Shown here piece after piece: positions 37,919-49,708 of a DNA stretch of 64,000 nucleotides (positions are counted from its first letter, which is position 1; every line of letters starts with the position of its first letter). Source of the stretch: Gammaproteobacteria bacterium (GTDB taxonomy: Bacteria > Pseudomonadota > Gammaproteobacteria > JAGOUN01). A program made the position numbers and the translations under genes. The DNA lies in NCBI GenBank assembly GCA_046290385.1, contig JBKAGM010000003.1:12394-76393 (forward strand), given 5' to 3'. Below the pieces are notes generated by a model. It saw nothing but the letters and a program-made list of their open reading frames with translations, was not told the DNA's origin and did no database searches.

Positions 37919-39562
37919 ATGAAAGCTTCTGATCTTTTTTTACGCTGCTTGGAGACCCTAGGTGTAGACACTATTTTTGGTGTTCCTGGCGAAGAAAATG
38001 CTGATTTGATGATATCGCTACTTGATTCCCCTATAGAGTTTATCGTTTGCCGTCATGAGCAATCTGCTGCCTTCATGGCAGATATGTACGGACGTTTATC
38101 AGGGAAGCCGGGTGTATGCCTAGCGACGCTTGGCCCAGGAGCTACAAACCTCGTTACCGGCGTCGTCAATGCTAATTTAGATAAAGTGCCCGTCATTGGC
38201 ATTATTGGTCAAGCAGAAACTACACGTTTACACAAAGAATCACATCAAAATATGAAAGCAATACCGATGTTTATGCCTGTCACTAAATGGGCAACCTCGA
38301 TTCAAGATGTCAGTGTAATTCCAGAAGTTTTACAAAAAGCATACAAGTTAGCGATAGGTGACAAACCAGGTGCTATCGTCATTGAATTGCCTGAAGATAT
38401 TGCGAAAGAAAAAACGAAGTTAGCCCCGCTCACTAACCATGTAAAAAACTACGAACGTGGGGTCGAGGATGACGCCATCGAACGAGCTTTAGAAATGCTC
38501 AAGGAAAGTAAGAAGCCATTAGTGCTTGTTGGTTCTGGTTGTACTTACTATGAGTGTGATCAATCCTTACGTAAATTTATTGATAAAACACAATGTTACT
38601 TTACGGCCACTTTTATGGGTAAAGGTGCATTATCGGCAAGAGATTCAAGATCGCTTTATTGTGTGGGCTTAGGCATGAAAGATATTGCTGTCGAAGCTTT
38701 TGATCAAGCAGATTTGGTTATTACTATCGGCTATGACATGATTGAATGGCACCCAGACAAATGGAACGCCAGCCAAGATAAAAAGATTATACATATTGAT
38801 ACAACACCAGCAGAAGTCGATGCTCACTATCTTCCTGATTTAGAACTCGTGGGTGATTTAACGGTCATTATAGAACAGTTGACGGAAGACTTGTTACAAG
38901 AGCATAAAAAAGAAGAAGGCTATTTTTCCAAGATACGTGATCGCATTACTGCTGAACTTGAAGAGCATTGTGAAAATGAAAGCTTTCCAATGAAACCGCA
39001 GCGTTTGATCTCTGATACACGAAAAGCATTAAAAGATGATGATATTCTCATTAGTGATGTCGGTGCGCATAAAATGTGGGTTGCTAGACAATATCCCACA
39101 TATTATTCAAAAACGTGCTTTATTTATAATGGTTTTGCCTCTATGGGAGGTGCTATGCCTGGCGCTTTTGTGGCGAAGCGATTGCACCCAGAGAAAAACG
39201 TTGTTGCTTTGTGTGGTGATGGCGGATTTATTATGAGCATTCAAGCGTTGCCAACAGCTGTGCGTTATAAAGTGCCTTTTGTCGTCGTGGTGTGGGAAGA
39301 TGATCACTATGGTTTAATCAAGTGGAAACAAGAAATGACATACAAAAAGCACTCCCATGTTGATTTAGAAAATAATGATTTGGTTCAGTTGTCTCAGGCT
39401 TTTGGTTGTCATGCAACGCGCATAGCAAAAGCGCAAGATTTTTTGCCGGCACTAGAAAATGCATTTAAAGAAAAAACTGTTCCAACAGTAATTGTCGTAC
39501 CAGTAGATTATTCTGAAAATATGAAATTAACAAAGCGCCTAGGAAGTATTGTGGCGCACTAA
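37919..39562 (+). CDS. Thiamine-diphosphate enzyme of the catabolic acetolactate synthase (AlsS)-like group; candidate 2-oxo-acid decarboxylase
   Basis: VFGVPGEEN, LATLGPGATNLVTG, HQNMKAIPMFMPVTKW (compare AlsS HQSMDTVAMFSPVTKY), and the TPP motif GDGGF-X-VVVWEDD. Confidence 0.8.
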   Translation: MKASDLFLRCLETLGVDTIFGVPGEENADLMISLLDSPIEFIVCRHEQSAAFMADMYGRLSGKPGVCLATLGPGATNLVTGVVNANLDKVPVIGIIGQAETTRLHKESHQNMKAIPMFMPVTKWATSIQDVSVIPEVLQKAYKLAIGDKPGAIVIELPEDIAKEKTKLAPLTNHVKNYERGVEDDAIERALEMLKESKKPLVLVGSGCTYYECDQSLRKFIDKTQCYFTATFMGKGALSARDSRSLYCVGLGMKDIAVEAFDQADLVITIGYDMIEWHPDKWNASQDKKIIHIDTTPAEVDAHYLPDLELVGDLTVIIEQLTEDLLQEHKKEEGYFSKIRDRITAELEEHCENESFPMKPQRLISDTRKALKDDDILISDVGAHKMWVARQYPTYYSKTCFIYNGFASMGGAMPGAFVAKRLHPEKNVVALCGDGGFIMSIQALPTAVRYKVPFVVVVWEDDHYGLIKWKQEMTYKKHSHVDLENNDLVQLSQAFGCHATRIAKAQDFLPALENAFKEKTVPTVIVVPVDYSENMKLTKRLGSIVAH

Positions 39563-39573
39563 GGGAATGTATC

Positions 39574-41229
39574 ATGATTATCCGCTTATGGTTTTATATT
39601 ATTTCAATTTTATCACTGCTTGCTATAGGCTTTATTTATTTAATATGGCCACCCATTCTTTATGCGCTTGTTATTGTTTTGCCGTTGATACTGATAGGTT
39701 TGTATGATGTGATTCAACCTTATAGTAACGTATTAAGGAATTATCCTGTTTGGGGGCATTGGCGATATATTCTCTTATCAATACGTCCTCAGATTCAGCA
39801 ATACTTTATTGCAACGAATCAAAGTGGTCGACCATTTAATAAAGAAATGCGCGACCTTGTCTATGAGCGTGCGACAGGAATGTTGGACACCATTCCATTT
39901 GGAACCCAGCGTGATGTTGATGTCGTTGGATATGAATGGATTAATCACTCATTATCACCTAAAAAAGCCCATGAAAGAGGGGCGCGTATACGTATTGGTA
40001 ATTCACAATGTACCAAGCCTTACTTAGCTTCTCGCTTAAATGTCTCTGCGATGAGCTTTGGTGCTTTGAGTCAAAATGCTGTTCGCGCGTTGAATCGTGG
40101 AGCCAAGATAGGAAATTTTGCTCATAATACAGGAGAGGGCGGTTTAAGTCGTTACCATCTTATGGAAGGCGGAGACATTATTTGGCAAATTGGTACGGGT
40201 TACTTCGGTTGTAAAACAAAGGATTGTAATTTTGATCCTGAGTTATTTAAAGAGAAGTCTCGCCATGAGCATGTTAAGATGATTGAGATCAAACTCTCCC
40301 AAGGTGCAAAGCCAGCGCACGGAGGTATTCTGCCTGGCGCTAAAGTAACTCAAGAAATTGCTCAAGCAAGGCATGTTGATATAGGTGAAGATTGTATTTC
40401 GCCACCGGCACATACCGCTTTTTCAACACCGATTGGTTTATTAGAATATATTCAACAGTTGCGTGAACTTTCAGGTGGAAAGCCTGTTGGTTTTAAGCTG
40501 TGTCTTGGCGTACGTTCAGATTTTATGGCCATATGTAAAGCCATGCTAGAAACAAAGATTTATCCTGATTTTATTACTGTCGATGGTGCCGAAGGTGGGA
40601 CGGGTGCTGCGCCCGTTGAATTTACAGATAGCTTGGGTACGCCGCTTAATGACGGATTGATCTTTGTTCATAATTGTTTAGTTGGTATTAATGTGCGTGA
40701 ACATATTCGATTAATTGCTAGCGGTAAAATTATTTCAGGTTTTGATATGGCCTCTAAAATTGCGTTAGGTGCAGACTTATGTAATAGCGCTCGTGGGATG
40801 TTATTTGCATTAGGATGTATTCAATCACGTCGTTGTCACAACAACACCTGCCCAACGGGGATCACAACACAAGACCCATATCGTATGTTCGCTCTGAGTG
40901 TTGATAAGAAAGCGCCCCATGTTGCTAACTTTCATAATGCAACGATTCAAAGTTTTCTTGAGGTATTGGGCGCTGCAGGATTAGAGCATCCCGAGCAATT
41001 AACACCAGGCCATGTGCATAGGCGTGTGACAGATTGTTCTGAACCTAACTATGATCAAATATATACTTATCTTCCAGAAGGTTCTTTGCTTGAGGGTTCG
41101 AATGTCCCTGACATTTATCAGCAGTATTGGGAAAGTTCACAAGCAGATGAGTTTGCTAGCTTAAATAACGCTTTTGGCAAATATTGGCGTGCAAAGAAAA
41201 ATTACTATGTAAGAAAATGGGAGCATTAA
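39574..41229 (+). CDS. Membrane-anchored FMN-binding glutamate synthase-family protein (GltB central-domain homologue)
   Basis: Two N-terminal hydrophobic helices. SAMSFGALS, KLSQGAKPAHGG and DGAEGGTGAAP, plus the Fe-S-type CIQSRRCHNNTCPTGITTQDP. Confidence 0.8.
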   Translation: MIIRLWFYIISILSLLAIGFIYLIWPPILYALVIVLPLILIGLYDVIQPYSNVLRNYPVWGHWRYILLSIRPQIQQYFIATNQSGRPFNKEMRDLVYERATGMLDTIPFGTQRDVDVVGYEWINHSLSPKKAHERGARIRIGNSQCTKPYLASRLNVSAMSFGALSQNAVRALNRGAKIGNFAHNTGEGGLSRYHLMEGGDIIWQIGTGYFGCKTKDCNFDPELFKEKSRHEHVKMIEIKLSQGAKPAHGGILPGAKVTQEIAQARHVDIGEDCISPPAHTAFSTPIGLLEYIQQLRELSGGKPVGFKLCLGVRSDFMAICKAMLETKIYPDFITVDGAEGGTGAAPVEFTDSLGTPLNDGLIFVHNCLVGINVREHIRLIASGKIISGFDMASKIALGADLCNSARGMLFALGCIQSRRCHNNTCPTGITTQDPYRMFALSVDKKAPHVANFHNATIQSFLEVLGAAGLEHPEQLTPGHVHRRVTDCSEPNYDQIYTYLPEGSLLEGSNVPDIYQQYWESSQADEFASLNNAFGKYWRAKKNYYVRKWEH

Positions 41230-41230
41230 A

Positions 41231-42598
41231 ATGGCGATGACGACGATAAATCCAGCAACAGGTCAACAGTTACAAACATACGAGGAAATGTCTTCAAAAG
41301 AAGTTTCTGATATTATCGAAAAAGCACATGATGCGTATTTAGACTGGCGTGACACACCATTTTCAGATCGAATAAAATGTATGAAAAAAGTTGCCGATAT
41401 TCTAGAGAAAAACAAAAAAGATTACGCCACCTTAATGGCAAATGAAATGGGAAAACCAATTACTGCAGGGATAACTGAAATTGAAAAGTGTATTTGGTTA
41501 TGTGATTATTATGCTGATAACATTGAAGAGCTTTTAAAACCTAAAGAAATTAAAACAGACTTTAAAAAAACATACGTTACATATAAACCTACGGGTGTGA
41601 TCTTCGCAATCATGCCGTGGAATTATCCTATATGGCAAGTGTTTCGTTTTGCCGTTCCAAATCTATTGGCGGGTAATGCTGGATTATTAAAGCATGCGCC
41701 TATTTCTACGGGTACTGCATTAATAATCGATGAGATTTTTACAGAAGCCGGCTTTCCGCATGATTTATTTCGATCATTGATTATTGATGTGGAAGAAGCA
41801 TCTCGTGTGATTGCTCATCCACATGTGACAGGTGTAACGCTTACCGGAAGCGAGCGAGCAGGGCGTGCAGTTGCAGCAGAAGCAGGTAAGGCTTTAAAGA
41901 AAGTCGTATTAGAATTAGGGGGTAGTGATCCTTATGTAGTTTTAGAAGATGCGGACTTGGATAAAGCCGCTGAAACAATCGTTACATCACGTATGAATAA
42001 CACGGGGCAAGTATGCATTGCAGCAAAACGTGTGATACCAGTCGCTTCTGTTCATGAAGCATTAAAAGATAAGATTCTTGAAAAACTAAAAGCTTATCAA
42101 CCGGCTGATCCATTAAATGAAAAAACAGTGATGGGCCCGATGGCGCGTGAAGATTTACGAGATGAAGTTCATCGTCAAGTGCAAGATTCTGTGAAGAGTG
42201 GCGCAAAACTTATCTGTGGTGGAGAGTTGCCTGATGGAAAAGGCTTTTATTATCCGCCTACCGTTTTGGATCACGTTGCGAAAGGCATGCCGGCTTATGA
42301 TCAAGAAATATTTGGACCTGTGATCACCTTCATTCCCGCTAAAAATGAAGATGAGGCGATTGAAATAGCCAAAGATACAAGTTATGGTCTAGGTGCTGCT
42401 GTATTTACTAAAGACCTTGCGCGTGGTGAAGATATTGCTGTTAATAAACTTAGAGCAGGAACTTGTGTTGTCAATACATTAGTAAAGTCTGATCCTAGAT
42501 TACCATTCGGTGGCATTAAAAACTCTGGTTTTGGTCGAGAGTTATCGAGCGAAGGTTTGCATGAGTTTTTAAATATTAAGACGATTTGTGTGGCTTAA
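41231..42598 (+). CDS. NAD(P)-dependent succinate-semialdehyde dehydrogenase-type aldehyde dehydrogenase
   Basis: INPATGQQLQTYEEMS N-terminus, EMGKPI, LELGGSDP, catalytic NTGQVCIAAKR and PFGGIKNSGFGRE. The 455-aa size is typical of the GabD1-like SSADH group. Confidence 0.8.
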   Translation: MAMTTINPATGQQLQTYEEMSSKEVSDIIEKAHDAYLDWRDTPFSDRIKCMKKVADILEKNKKDYATLMANEMGKPITAGITEIEKCIWLCDYYADNIEELLKPKEIKTDFKKTYVTYKPTGVIFAIMPWNYPIWQVFRFAVPNLLAGNAGLLKHAPISTGTALIIDEIFTEAGFPHDLFRSLIIDVEEASRVIAHPHVTGVTLTGSERAGRAVAAEAGKALKKVVLELGGSDPYVVLEDADLDKAAETIVTSRMNNTGQVCIAAKRVIPVASVHEALKDKILEKLKAYQPADPLNEKTVMGPMAREDLRDEVHRQVQDSVKSGAKLICGGELPDGKGFYYPPTVLDHVAKGMPAYDQEIFGPVITFIPAKNEDEAIEIAKDTSYGLGAAVFTKDLARGEDIAVNKLRAGTCVVNTLVKSDPRLPFGGIKNSGFGRELSSEGLHEFLNIKTICVA

Positions 42599-42626
42599 AT
42601 GCCAGGGACTGTTGTATTCTACCGCT

Positions 42627-42655
42627 GTTATCCAGCGGTTTATCCGCACGACATC
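42627..42655. repeat. Degenerate REP-like unit 3' of the SSADH gene
   Basis: GTTATCCAGCGGTTTATCCGCACGACATC resembles the 31069 copy but has stem mismatches. Confidence 0.45.
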
Positions 42656-42678
42656 TATAAATCAATAAAAAGAAGCTG

Positions 42679-43500
42679 TTAGGCAAGATTAACCTCACGC
42701 AACAATTCATTTAGTGATGTTTTGCTACGTGTTTTTTCATCGACTTGTTTAACGATGATGGCACAGTACAATCCATACTTTCCGTCTTGGCTGGGAAGGT
42801 TTCCTGGAACGACAACTGAGCCTTCAGGAATTCGTCCATAAGTTACTTCGCCAGATTCACGATGATAAATGCGCGTGCTTTTGCCGATATAGACACCCAT
42901 GCCAATTACGCTATTGCGTTCAACAATGACGCCTTCAACAATTTCCGATCGTGCTCCGATAAAACAGTTATCTTCAATGATTGTAGGAGTTGCTTGAAGC
43001 GGTTCTAATACGCCACCAATTCCAACGCCACCGGATAAATGTACATGATCACCAATTTGCGCGCATGAACCGACTGTTGCCCAAGTGTCGACGAGCGTTC
43101 CATTCCCGACGTAGGCTCCGATATTAATAAAAGAGGGCATAAGAACGGTATTTTGCCCGATATAGCAGCCAGAGCGAACTATCGCTCCAGGAACTGCGCG
43201 AATTTTTGATTTTTCAAATTCAGCTTGAGACCAACCTTCAAACTTTAATGGTACTTTATCAAAATAGGTTGGTGGCATCGTTTGGTTTTCAGAAATTTTA
43301 AATGAAAGTAAAACGGCTTTTTTTGCCCACTCGTGTGTTGTCCACTCTTTATCAATTTTTTCAGCAACACGAAGTTCGCCAGTATTAATTAGATTTAGTG
43401 TTTTTTGAACAGCCTCATGAATATCAGTTGGGGTATTGTCCGGGGTAAGTGATTGTCGTTGTTCAAACGCGCTTTCTATGATTGTTTTTATCGTATTCAT
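42679..43500 (-). CDS. dapD: 2,3,4,5-tetrahydropyridine-2,6-dicarboxylate N-succinyltransferase
   Basis: Collinear with E. coli DapD throughout, e.g. [50 protein letters not shown]. Confidence 0.93.
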   Translation of the reverse strand: MNTIKTIIESAFEQRQSLTPDNTPTDIHEAVQKTLNLINTGELRVAEKIDKEWTTHEWAKKAVLLSFKISENQTMPPTYFDKVPLKFEGWSQAEFEKSKIRAVPGAIVRSGCYIGQNTVLMPSFINIGAYVGNGTLVDTWATVGSCAQIGDHVHLSGGVGIGGVLEPLQATPTIIEDNCFIGARSEIVEGVIVERNSVIGMGVYIGKSTRIYHRESGEVTYGRIPEGSVVVPGNLPSQDGKYGLYCAIIVKQVDEKTRSKTSLNELLREVNLA

Positions 43501-43551
43501 ACTTGGGGTCTATCATTATTGCCTCCCCGGAATAATCGGATGGCAATAGAT

Positions 43552-43887
43552 TTAATCGTCTTCAGTTTCTACCGCTTGAGATGTGCGAACAATTGGTCCA
43601 CCCTTGGTTGCGTTAATTTTTTCGCGCATATCTTTGCCTGGTTTAAAGTGTACCGCATATTTAGGCTCTGTAATCAGCTTCTCACCTGTTTTAGGATTAT
43701 GTGCCTGACGAGGAGGGCGATAGTGCAATGAAAAACTACCAAAGCCTCGAATTTCGACACGATGGCCATGTGAGAGTGCATTACTGATACGCTCAATAAT
43801 ATGATTTACACTTAGCGCAACATCCTTTTCCGTCAGATGACTGAGCTGTTTTCCAATCTTTGTGATCAATTCCGATTTGATAATCAT
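43552..43887 (-). CDS. ihfB: Integration host factor beta subunit (with a C-terminal extension of about 20 aa)
   Basis: MIIKSELI...RVEIRGFGSFSLHYRPPRQAHNPKTGEKL...HFKPGKDMREKIN matches E. coli IhfB. I chose the ATG at 43887 by homology. Confidence 0.88.
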   Translation of the reverse strand: MIIKSELITKIGKQLSHLTEKDVALSVNHIIERISNALSHGHRVEIRGFGSFSLHYRPPRQAHNPKTGEKLITEPKYAVHFKPGKDMREKINATKGGPIVRTSQAVETEDD

Positions 43888-44008
43888 AGCATTCGGACTA
43901 AGCCGCCTCCTTTCTAAAAACGCCTGTAACACATTGATTCTCTTTTTATTCTTACATTTACCTAAGGATTATGCAAGCGAAAAGTATAGGAATTTTAATA
44001 TTTTATGT

Positions 44009-44278
44009 CTATTTTGAGCCCATTTTAACCAATATATTATAGATAAATGCAATCAATATGCCCAAAATAAATCCATCTAGAAACCCCCATATCAACCCTA
44101 AAAATGCACCATTGACTGTTGGTGCAAAGCCAACGTATAGCGTCCCCATGGCTGTGACGAATTCTGTGCCATAGCCCATTACGTGCCCGAGAATTCCCAT
44201 TAGTAGTAGAGAGACTCCCCATATAATACCTAATGTGAACCCTAGTCCTAGTACATGAATTTTTGAATAGCTATTCAT
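44009..44278 (-). CDS. Small integral membrane protein (three predicted helices, Gly-rich)
   Basis: 89 aa and almost entirely hydrophobic (GLGFTLGIIWGVSLLLMGILG..). No family assigned. Confidence 0.5.
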   Translation of the reverse strand: MNSYSKIHVLGLGFTLGIIWGVSLLLMGILGHVMGYGTEFVTAMGTLYVGFAPTVNGAFLGLIWGFLDGFILGILIAFIYNILVKMGSK

Positions 44279-44392
44279 GATTTGCTCCTTTTACTAACCT
44301 TTAACAAGTATAGACCAAAAAATAATGATATACTGGATGTTGTTAGCTCGCGGTCACAAAATTGCAGGACTGCAGATTTGAAACCCGCAAAG

Positions 44393-44443
44393 CACCTCCG
44401 AGGGTGAGGGCCAGGATGGCTAGAGTTAACCCGCGGGATGGCA
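44393..44443. repeat. Fragments related to both REP unit types
   Basis: CACCTCCGAGGGTGAGGGCCAG is loosely related to the 4219-type unit. CCCGCGGGATGGC is a half unit of the GATGAC type. Confidence 0.35.
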
Positions 44444-44479
44444 ATGAAAAGTCAAAAATAGTTTGGGGAAGTTTAACTC

Positions 44480-45499
44480 TTGCGTAAAATTATTGCAGCA
44501 ATTATCTTGTGTTTCGCATGTGCAGCGAGTGCAGCTGTTCGTATTCCTATTTACTCTGTTTCTGTTCCAGTTGCCTCAGAGTCTAGCCAAGATCGTGATA
44601 AGGCATTAAAAACTGCTTTTCAAGACGTCGTTGTCAAAGTTACCGGTGAAAAGGATGCTGCTGATAACTCTGTTGTTAACAATGCAATGAAAACTCCGGA
44701 TCATTACATTCAGCAATACGACTACGATCGTGCAGAATCGGACGATGGAATATCCCCATTAATATTACAAGTCACATTTTACCCCTCAACGATGAAATCA
44801 CTCCTGCGAGATGCGGATTTGCCATTTTGGGGAGCTGATCGTCCCGTTGTATTTTTATATTTGATCGTTGATACTCCTGATGAAAAAGTTGTTGTGACAT
44901 CTGAAAATAATCCTGACCTTGTTGAGAGTATCAAACAACTGTCTGAAAAACGCGGGTTGCCAATTACCTTTCCTGCTGCTATCAATGAAGATACTGAACA
45001 GATGCAACTTGAAGATATTCAAGCTTTAGCGCAGCAGTGCCATGCTAATGCAATACTCATTGGACATATTTCTATGGGCGATAATGATCCCGTTGATAGT
45101 CAATGGAATTTTTACTTTGCTCAGCAGCATCACCAGTGGCAAGATGAAAGCCCTACCATTTTGTCAGGGCTCACGGATGCACTATCACAAACAACCCAAA
45201 TGTTATCTCAACGCTTTGCGATAAAATTTAATGAAGAAGAAGGGCATACATTTAGTATGGTGATCGAAAATATTAACAGCACTCAAGATTACGCAAAAGT
45301 ATTAAGTTACTTGAAACATATTACTCAAGTAAAGCTGCTCACTTTAAAACAAGCGGCCAGCTCTCAAATTCAAGTGGATCTATCAATCACAGGTAGTGAA
45401 CAGCATTTTCTAGATGTATTATCACTAGATGGTAAATTAATACCAGATGACCAAGAAGATAAAGTTGCTTATATCTGGATGAATGATCAAAAAGGTTAA
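44480..45499 (+). CDS. DUF2066-like periplasmic protein
   Basis: Signal peptide and TTG start. Its position immediately upstream of perM-hda matches the conserved DUF2066-AI-2E-hda neighbourhood as I recall it from other gammaproteobacteria. Confidence 0.5.
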   Translation: MRKIIAAIILCFACAASAAVRIPIYSVSVPVASESSQDRDKALKTAFQDVVVKVTGEKDAADNSVVNNAMKTPDHYIQQYDYDRAESDDGISPLILQVTFYPSTMKSLLRDADLPFWGADRPVVFLYLIVDTPDEKVVVTSENNPDLVESIKQLSEKRGLPITFPAAINEDTEQMQLEDIQALAQQCHANAILIGHISMGDNDPVDSQWNFYFAQQHHQWQDESPTILSGLTDALSQTTQMLSQRFAIKFNEEEGHTFSMVIENINSTQDYAKVLSYLKHITQVKLLTLKQAASSQIQVDLSITGSEQHFLDVLSLDGKLIPDDQEDKVAYIWMNDQKG

Positions 45500-45503
45500 A
45501 GAT

Positions 45504-46544
45504 ATGGAACAATCAACACGTTGGTTTTATGCTATTTGTTTCTCACTATTGGTGTATTTTACTTATATTCTTTCGCCTATCATTACTCCGTTTATGCTTG
45601 GCGCTTTGATCGCTTACCTTGGGAATCCTTTAACTTCTTGGTGTGAGCGTAAGGGTATCCCACGCGCATTGGGCGTGGTTTTTGTTTTTATCATTGTTGT
45701 ATTATTTGTAATACTATTACTATTTTTAATCGTTCCCATATTAGAGCAGCAGCTTGCTATATTAATTCAGCATATACCTCTAGCTATAGATTGGCTTCAA
45801 GAGAATGTCATCCCTTGGGTTAATAAGCATATTGATAAAAATCAAATTAATTTACTTTCACTGAAAAAACAGCTTTCTGCAAATTTACCGAAGGTTGGGC
45901 AGATTGCAACACATGCTTTAGAGTTCGCAACAGAATCTACTCATAGAATTATTTTAATCATCACAAATATTGTTATGGTGCCCGTTGTTGCGTTCTATTT
46001 GATGCGTGATTGGGACGAGGTAATGCTAACATTAAAGAAAATGCTCCCGAAGAATATGCAAAAAAAAGCGATTAAAATTGCTAAAGAATGCGATGAAATT
46101 ATTGGTGCATTTTTAAAAGGTCAGTTAGCCGTCATGTTAGGATTGGCAGTCGTCTATTCGTTTGGATTATGGCTAATAGATTTGCAAGTGGCTATTGCTA
46201 TTGGCGTTCTTTCCGGTGTTGCTGCCGTCGTACCATATCTTGGATTTATTCTTGGTATATTCCTTGCAAGTGTTGCTTCACTTATCGAATATCATACCTT
46301 ATTACACTTAATACTTGTATGGGCTGTTTATGGAGCAGGGCAGTTTATTGAAAGCTTTATTTTAACGCCATGGTTTGTGGGGGATCGTATTGGTTTACAT
46401 CCTGTTGCAGTGATTTTTGCATTGCTTGCTGGTGGATATTTGTTTGGTTTTTTGGGCGTCTTATTAGCCTTGCCAGCGGCAGCGGTTATTCTCGTCTTTA
46501 TGCGCAACATGCATGCTATCTACGTGACTAAGGCTGAGGCTTAA
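45504..46544 (+). CDS. AI-2E family transporter (PerM/YdiK-like permease)
   Basis: About 8 hydrophobic spans and the family-typical VPYLGFILG and TPWFVGDRIGLHPV. I chose the ATG at 45504, downstream of the previous stop. Confidence 0.8.
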   Translation: MEQSTRWFYAICFSLLVYFTYILSPIITPFMLGALIAYLGNPLTSWCERKGIPRALGVVFVFIIVVLFVILLLFLIVPILEQQLAILIQHIPLAIDWLQENVIPWVNKHIDKNQINLLSLKKQLSANLPKVGQIATHALEFATESTHRIILIITNIVMVPVVAFYLMRDWDEVMLTLKKMLPKNMQKKAIKIAKECDEIIGAFLKGQLAVMLGLAVVYSFGLWLIDLQVAIAIGVLSGVAAVVPYLGFILGIFLASVASLIEYHTLLHLILVWAVYGAGQFIESFILTPWFVGDRIGLHPVAVIFALLAGGYLFGFLGVLLALPAAAVILVFMRNMHAIYVTKAEA

Positions 46545-46546
46545 CC

Positions 46547-47203
46547 ATGCAGTTAGTATTTGATATTCACCTAAAAGATGATGCGACCTTTGACACTTAT
46601 GAAATTGGCGCAAATCAAGAAGCAGTTGTGGCACTTAAACAACATGATCAGCCTTTATTATTATGGGGCAATACATCTGTAGGTTTATCTCATTTACTTC
46701 AAGCAACGTGTCGTTTAGCAAGCGCCTCAATGTATCTTCCAATGAAAGACGTAAAAAGTTTTTCTATAGAATGCTTAGATGGGTTAGAAAATTTAGAGAT
46801 AGTGTGTTTTGATGACATTGATGCGATTGCTGGAGATGAAATTTGGGAAGAAGCAATGTTCCATGCCTATAATCGTATGAAGGCAGAAAATACTATTATG
46901 GTATTTAGTACACATTGCACACCGCAATCAATTCCTTTTAATTTGCAAGATTTACATTCGCGCATCTTGTGGGGAATGACTTATCAAATTCATGAGCTAA
47001 ACGATGAAGCAAAAGCAAAATGGCTCAAGAAAATGGCAAAACAAAGAGGTTTTGAGTTAAAACCAGATGTGATCTCGTATATTCTAAATCACGCATCACG
47101 TGACATGGCCTCATTAAAAAAGCTTTTAGACGAAATTGACAAACAGTCGCTTATCGAAAAACACAAGGTGACAATTCCTTTTGTGAAGAGTGTATTGAGT
47201 TAA
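46547..47203 (+). CDS. hda: DnaA regulatory inactivator Hda
   Basis: QLVFDIHLKDDATFDTYEIG, SHLLQATC, FDDIDAIAGDEIWEEAMFHAYNR, and the C-terminal KVTIPFVKSVL. Confidence 0.88.
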   Translation: MQLVFDIHLKDDATFDTYEIGANQEAVVALKQHDQPLLLWGNTSVGLSHLLQATCRLASASMYLPMKDVKSFSIECLDGLENLEIVCFDDIDAIAGDEIWEEAMFHAYNRMKAENTIMVFSTHCTPQSIPFNLQDLHSRILWGMTYQIHELNDEAKAKWLKKMAKQRGFELKPDVISYILNHASRDMASLKKLLDEIDKQSLIEKHKVTIPFVKSVLS

Positions 47204-47208
47204 TCTAA

Positions 47209-48873
<1,665 letters not shown>

Positions 48874-48893
<20 letters not shown>

Positions 48894-49650
48894 TGACGAT
48901 GGTTACTTAGCGCCGGGTATTCGAGCACTGCTCAAAGTGTTAAATGAAGTTGCCGAAGTTATCATGGTTGCACCCGATAGAAACCGCTCCGGAGTAAGTA
49001 ACTCACTTACTTTAGATCGCCCACTGCGTGTGACAACACACTCCGATGGGGGCCACAGTGTAAATGGTACACCAACGGATTGTGTTCACTTGGCTATTAC
49101 AGGTTTGCTTGATGAAATGCCTGATATTGTAATTTCGGGAATTAATGAGGGTTCGAATTTAAGTGATGATGTTTTATATTCAGGAACAGTCGCTGCGGCC
49201 ACAGAAGGGCGATTTTTAGGTTTGCCCGCTATTGCAGTATCACTTTCAGGTCATCACGCACAACATTATGATACCGCTGCGCAAATTACTAAACAGATTG
49301 TTGAGCGTCTACAAAAACACCCTTTACCGATTGATACGATTCTTAACGTTAACGTACCAGATCTTCCTATGAGTGAGATTAAAGGTATTCAAGTAACACG
49401 TCTTGGGACACGCCACAGCGCTCAAGAAATGATTGAAAGTGAAGATCCTAGAAAGAACAAAGTTTTTTGGGTTGGTTTGCCTGGAAATGCACAAGACGCA
49501 GGTCCTGGCACAGACTTTTATGCTGTTGAAAGAGGGTATATCTCAATTACGCCATTGCAACTTGATTTAACCCACTATCGAGCTTTTGAACATTTGTCTA
49601 CTTGGGTTGAAGCCTTTGAAAAAGAGCATTCAGACCAGCAGCATGGGTGA
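48874..49650 (+). CDS. surE: 5'/3'-nucleotidase SurE
   Basis: [20 protein letters not shown] and YSGTVAAA. I chose the ATG at 48874 (GGAG site). Confidence 0.93.
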
Positions 49651-49708
49651 CAGTTGGTTTGTTATTATGCTAATCTAAGATAATGGAGACACTCTAAAGG
49701 AATTTACC

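Noticed and set aside
39215-39310. The TPP-binding motif of the AlsS-like enzyme ends in WEDD instead of the usual NN
   Set aside because: Counting from GDG, the metal-ligand position (second residue after X24) is Asp, as in AlsS-type enzymes (WND). It is therefore consistent with a functional motif, not a degenerate one.
46547-47203. Hda lacks a canonical Walker A lysine (GNTSVGLSHL)
   Set aside because: E. coli Hda itself has a degenerate P-loop (GAGRSHL), so divergence at this position is not clearly unusual for the family. I did not pursue it.
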